A stretch of DNA of 62,393 bases. Source: Candidatus Roizmanbacteria bacterium RIFCSPHIGHO2_02_FULL_38_11 (GTDB lineage: Bacteria > Patescibacteriota > Microgenomatia > UBA1406 > GWC2-37-13). Location of the stretch: NCBI GenBank assembly GCA_001788015.1, contig MFZO01000044.1:1-62393 (forward strand), given 5' to 3'. The notes below the pieces were generated by a model that worked only from the letters and a program-made list of their open reading frames with translations, did no database searches and had not been told where the DNA came from. Both the position numbers and the translations under genes were made by a program. Of this stretch, positions 59,101 through 62,393 are shown one piece after another; positions within the stretch are counted from its first letter, which is position 1, and every line of letters begins with the position of its first letter.

Positions 59101-60013
59101 CTATTGGGATATCCATACTTTCTCACCCTCAGGTAAAGAAATAATAATCTTAGGAGATACTGCTTGGTTTAGGAATGAAAGAAAAAATATATGGCAAACC
59201 CAATCGCTTAATGAATATTTTGGCAAAGATTTTCCGCTTGAAAAAGAACTTGAGGAGAAAAGAAAGGTTGATGAAGAAATTGATAAAAAGAAATACGATC
59301 TTATAAAAAGTAAAGTCACGGCAGAACTCCGTAAATTCTTTAGACCTGAACTTCTCAATAGATTCGATGAAGTTATCATCTTTGAACCTCTCAAGTTCAC
59401 TCACATGATAAAGATAGTTCAATTGCAGCTTAAGGGCTTGGCAAAGTTGTTAGAAGATCAAGATATAGGATTTATCTATACAGATTCGGCCGTAAAAGAG
59501 ATAGTGAGGGAAGGATTTGATCCTATATATGGGGCGAGACCGTTAAGGAGAGCGATTCAAAAGGTTATTGAAAATCCCATCTCCACGCTTATCATTGAAA
59601 AAAAAGTTAAAGCAGGAAATCAGATACAGGTCGATTTTGACGGGGAGAGCTTTATCTTTAATATAGAAAAAGTGGAGTTAGTGCCAGAAGAGATGCTAAA
59701 AAAGCGGACAATAAAGAACTTCTTATGCGAAGCTTGTGGCAATCATTTTATGACTTCAGTCGTGAAAAATTCTACGGTCATCTGCAGCCGATGTGCCTCA
59801 ACCAAAGTCCAAGAAGTGATAGAGTCACCTAAGGTTATACCTCTGGACGAAAAATCTTCTACAACCGATAAGGATGGAAAGCCCTCCAACGCTTCCGCTT
59901 CGGAAGGTGAAGAAGATAAGAATAAGTTGTCTAACGATGGAAAGTTAAGCGGGGACAAAAACCTTGACGGAAGACAAAAATCGCAGACAAATTTCCCGGC
60001 AACCCATGCATAA
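56123..60013 (+). CDS. clpC: ClpC-type AAA+ unfoldase with large insertion
   Basis: Clp-N repeats, [14 protein letters not shown], short M-domain, [35 protein letters not shown]. Confidence 0.92.
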   Translation: MALLDFIKKPKQKASAVPQGAVQNNTTTQTHVVETTQTTQSTGPQTYSGIGAPPQHHVESSQTTVAKTTAATPGAPTASANLSSEEKKREEIDLMTHLTQRSNRVFLSAQNKARELKLDFVDSEHLLHGLLSDSEIYNLFIEFKIHPQLIEEELKKIYKNGASQKMPQLSPRVKRILGLSLTVARKLRFEFISPEHILLALYEEGEGAGAKILTKMGLKKQDLNKKIIGKKEGLEKQDKEADTKKNTVDRYTIDLTAKAAQGLLDPVVERSDVIERVIHILSRRTKNNPALVGEAGVGKTAVVEGLAQKIVTKGVPESLLDKRVLQLDLMSIIAGASHRGEFEERMKELIEQVQASKGQIILFIDEIHNIVGAGASGENALDASNFLKPALARGELQLIGATTLTEYRKYIERDPALERRFQPVLVQEPTIEQAIKMLKAIKDKYEAFHRVKIPDDVVEAAVKFSKRYVGDRFLPDKAVDLIDEAASAVRLPLISLPEVIKSIETRIAELNQELQEGEKLGDRVKVRILRSKIDEIESTLKEKRGEYDMRKAQTTSAVSVDIIKDIVSRWTGIPISKITESELERLAQLEKIMHQRLIDQNIAVTSVAAAVRRGRAGLKSTQRPIGSFVFLGPTGVGKTELAKTLAEVLFGQEEAMIRFDMTEYMERHEVAKLLGAPPGYVGYEEGGKLTEVVRRKPYSVVLFDEVEKAHPDIFNILLQILDDGRLTDNKGHVISFKNTVVICTSNIGTQMIQDELLKSGKIEIEEPPFLSTYTFSPRGREILTIGTKYFEREKAVDSWKEGVLLDYFAGQEIKQDQSKVDQPLTVESSTKGRSTAGGDFPVQGFATHTISFRGEELITKGNTVFVRTSTTAKIWKTTTLIDYFKDGIVVNALPDAPEEQLPTARLKTHAFTPDEREVVTYKDRYWVRKEGMNDWQTGHLKDYFTGAEIQEADLQKATKQDLTPPKGSQKAAKQEQNGVKSDVKKTNKFFPTAYWDIHTFSPSGKEIIILGDTAWFRNERKNIWQTQSLNEYFGKDFPLEKELEEKRKVDEEIDKKKYDLIKSKVTAELRKFFRPELLNRFDEVIIFEPLKFTHMIKIVQLQLKGLAKLLEDQDIGFIYTDSAVKEIVREGFDPIYGARPLRRAIQKVIENPISTLIIEKKVKAGNQIQVDFDGESFIFNIEKVELVPEEMLKKRTIKNFLCEACGNHFMTSVVKNSTVICSRCASTKVQEVIESPKVIPLDEKSSTTDKDGKPSNASASEGEEDKNKLSNDGKLSGDKNLDGRQKSQTNFPATHA

Positions 60014-60016
60014 TAA

Positions 60017-60337
60017 ATGGATAATAGATATTTAGCACAGCAAATCTGTATTGGTGGACAATGCGTGACTGGGGTTCTTGACCCTAAGATTCAAACTTTG
60101 GGAGACTTAGTCAATAGAGTCATACAGTTTCTTATTCCTCTTGCAGCTGTAATCCTTTTGGTGGTTTTCATCTGGGGCGGGTATGATTATATGATGTCTC
60201 AAGGAAGCCCAGAAAAAGTAAAATCTGCTCAGGCAAAGATTACGACTGGAATTATTGGTTTGATTCTTCTTCTTATCTCCTTTGTGTTGGTGAAGCTGAT
60301 CAGTTCAATTTTTGGTTTGGGAGGAGGGATAATTTGA
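60017..60337 (+). CDS. TrbC/VirB2-like pilin
   Basis: WGGYDYMMSQGSPEKVKSAQAKITTGIIG. Confidence 0.87.
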   Translation: MDNRYLAQQICIGGQCVTGVLDPKIQTLGDLVNRVIQFLIPLAAVILLVVFIWGGYDYMMSQGSPEKVKSAQAKITTGIIGLILLLISFVLVKLISSIFGLGGGII

Positions 60338-61036
60338 TACTAGAGTGCCAATTCGTTCTCCTTTGATTATTCGCTCCAGATTTTCTTGACGGTCGAAATT
60401 AAAGACTACAATTGGCATTTGTTTACTTTGGCAAAGAGCAAAGGCAGTATTATCCATAATTTTTAGCCCTTTTTCTAAAGCAGTTTGATAATCAACCCGC
60501 TCTAATTTTTTGGCATTAGGGTATTTCTCGGGATCTCTGTCATAGATTGCATCAACATTGGAAGCTTTAAGAAGGACATTGCACTTAAGTTCTATAGCTC
60601 GCAGAGCCGCGGCTGAGTCGGTAGTAAAGTAAGGATTGCCCGTTCCTCCAGCTAAAATTACTGTTCTACCTTTTTCCATGTGTCTCAATGCTCTTCTTCG
60701 GATGAATAGCTCACAGACAGTTGGAATCGATATTGACGACATCACTCTTGTGGTGTCGCCTAGTCTTTCCATTTCTTCTTGAAGAGCCAAAGCGTTCATT
60801 ATTGTTCCCAACATGCCGATCTGATCAGCGACTACGTGATCGACCGCTGTTCCTTCGATGTATCTTCCTCTAAAGAGATTTCCTGCCCCAACTACTATAG
60901 CCATCTCTACTCCGGTGTTTTTATGAACTTTTCTAATGACAGAAGCTACTTTATTTACCGTTTTAAAGTCCAACCCCTGTTTTTCTTTTCCGAAGACCTC
61001 GCCTGAAACCTTAAGTAAAACTCTTTTATATGCCAT
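60305..61036 (-). CDS. pyrH: UMP kinase
   Basis: KRVLLKVSGE, VVGAGNLFRG, GGTGNPYFTTDSAAALRA. Confidence 0.97.
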   Translation of the reverse strand: MAYKRVLLKVSGEVFGKEKQGLDFKTVNKVASVIRKVHKNTGVEMAIVVGAGNLFRGRYIEGTAVDHVVADQIGMLGTIMNALALQEEMERLGDTTRVMSSISIPTVCELFIRRRALRHMEKGRTVILAGGTGNPYFTTDSAAALRAIELKCNVLLKASNVDAIYDRDPEKYPNAKKLERVDYQTALEKGLKIMDNTAFALCQSKQMPIVVFNFDRQENLERIIKGERIGTLVSNYPSSQTKN

Positions 61037-61078
61037 CGATTTGTCTTTCCTCATAAGAAGTATTGTATCATATCTATT

Positions 61079-62122
61079 ATGCTTTTAAAGCAAATTATTT
61101 TGAAAAATTTTCGTAATTTTGGAGACGAAAAGTTTAACTTCAACCCTTTTCTTACCATAATAATTGGTGAAAATGCCAAGGGTAAAACAAACCTGCTTGA
61201 GGGGATATTTTTGATTGTTTACGGCGAAGGATTTAGAGAGAGCAAAGAAGAGGAGCTGATAAGATTTGAACAAGACCAGTCAGATGTGCAGGGAATTTTT
61301 GCAAGCGGAGACGAAGACTTTCTATTCCAGATCGGTATAAAGAAAAGCGGTAGGGGAGTAGACAAAATTTTTTCTCTGAATAAGTCGAGAAGAAAGTATT
61401 TTCAATATCAAAGAGAGACAGCCAAAGCTATTCTATTTTCTCCCGAACAGATAGAGATAATGAACGGGCCTCCAGAAAAAAGAAGAAGATATTTTGACAC
61501 TCTTCTTGGATCCTTTGATCTGGTATATAAAAAGAAACTTAGGAATTATGAAAACGCCTTAAGGAGAAGGAATAAAATACTGCAAACCTATAAAAATGAA
61601 GCAGATCTGCTTGAGGAGTTAAAATTTTGGAATACATATCTTGAGGAGAATGCTGGCTATTTGGTACAGAAGAGACAAGATTATATTGATTTCTTAAATG
61701 AGCATAATAAAATTAACAGTAAAGAATTTTCAATAGAGTATCTAAAAAGTGAACTCAATAAAAAACGCCTGGAGGAAAATTTCGAACTCGAGAAAAGGTA
61801 TAGAAGGACCGTAATTGGTCCGCAGAAAGACGACTTTCAGCTCAGCCAAAAAGATGAATCTTTAAAAAATCTTCATCATTTCGGTTCAAGAAGCGAGCAG
61901 CGACTGGGAGTTTTTTGGTTGAAGCTTAATGAGATCAAATTTCTTGAGGAGGCGTTTAAAACTAAGCCGCTTCTTCTGCTTGATGATATATTTTCAGAGT
62001 TGGATGTGAAAAATAAAAAATTAGTTATTGATTTGGTGAAGAAATATCAAACTGTAGTCACCACGACCGAAATAGAGCTATTAGAATTAGCCGATGTGCC
62101 AAAAAGTATAATAAAGTTATAG
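61079..62122 (+). CDS. recF: DNA replication/repair protein RecF
   Basis: NFRN, GENAKGKTNLLE, GPQKDD, GSRSEQR, LLLDDIFSELD. Confidence 0.93.
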   Translation: MLLKQIILKNFRNFGDEKFNFNPFLTIIIGENAKGKTNLLEGIFLIVYGEGFRESKEEELIRFEQDQSDVQGIFASGDEDFLFQIGIKKSGRGVDKIFSLNKSRRKYFQYQRETAKAILFSPEQIEIMNGPPEKRRRYFDTLLGSFDLVYKKKLRNYENALRRRNKILQTYKNEADLLEELKFWNTYLEENAGYLVQKRQDYIDFLNEHNKINSKEFSIEYLKSELNKKRLEENFELEKRYRRTVIGPQKDDFQLSQKDESLKNLHHFGSRSEQRLGVFWLKLNEIKFLEEAFKTKPLLLLDDIFSELDVKNKKLVIDLVKKYQTVVTTTEIELLELADVPKSIIKL

Positions 62123-62231
62123 ATTTATATTATTGCCAAGCTTTATTTCTAACCTCGTAGGTTAGAGTTAGATTGTGGAGAGAAGCCAATAATAGATAAT
62201 TTTTGCTAAAATTAGTAAATCTTTAGAGTCT

Positions 62232-62316
62232 GGAGGGTTGGCCGAGCGGTTTAAGGCGCGAGTCTCGAAAACTCGTGGGCTTTTTGTCCTCACAGGTTCG
62301 AATCCTGTACCCTCCG
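62232..62316 (+). tRNA. tRNA-Ser(CGA)
   Basis: GGAGGGT/ACCCTCC acceptor stem, CGAGT-CTCGAAA-ACTCG anticodon arm, long variable arm, GGTTCGAATCC; CCA not encoded. Confidence 0.96.
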
Positions 62317-62359
62317 CTCTGGTAGAAGCGTAACAAAAACGGCTGGTATTTAATCAAAT

Positions 62360-62389
62360 AAGAGCGGTAAATCAATCCGCTCTTTTTTT
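62360..62389 (+). terminator. intrinsic terminator after tRNA
   Basis: AAGAGCGG-loop-CCGCTCTT followed by a T-run. Confidence 0.8.
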
Positions 62390-62393
62390 GTTT

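Noticed and set aside
58400..59270. ClpC insertion as an intein or intron
   Set aside because: No C/S...HN-C/S/T splice motifs or LAGLIDADG; frame is continuous with a four-repeat structure
1809..61273. Numerous short ORFs overlapping long genes in the ORF track
   Set aside because: Antisense or alternate-frame shadows of well-supported CDSs with no motifs
62232..62393. tRNA-Ser as attachment site of an integrated element
   Set aside because: No integrase or duplicated tRNA 3' end seen; window ends just after the terminator

Overview
AT-rich bacterial chromosomal window using the standard genetic code. Gene content points to a Patescibacteria/CPR genome, probably Microgenomates (inference): multiple TrbC/VirB2-like pilins, an ATP-dependent DNA ligase, a mevalonate pathway with archaeal-type thiolase/HMG-CoA synthase/DUF35, a solitary 5S rRNA, a compact ValS, and rpmH-yidC-jag without rnpA. 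Housekeeping genes (metK, typA, uppS, valS, rpmH, yidC, jag, clpC, pyrH, recF, tRNA-Ser) are mixed with two type II TA pairs, envelope genes and a pilin/VirB6-like/amidase cluster. Most notable: (1) ClpC carries a ~280-aa four-repeat, hemopexin-like insertion in its second AAA+ module plus a C-terminal Zn ribbon; (2) a pilin bears four tandem beta-defensin-like 6-Cys modules; (3) many small, nested palindromic and heptamer DNA elements sit between genes and in frame inside essential genes; (4) an unannotated 50-aa ORF converges on a promoter-driven structured small RNA; (5) many promoters look leaderless. All calls come from motif recognition by eye; no searches were run.
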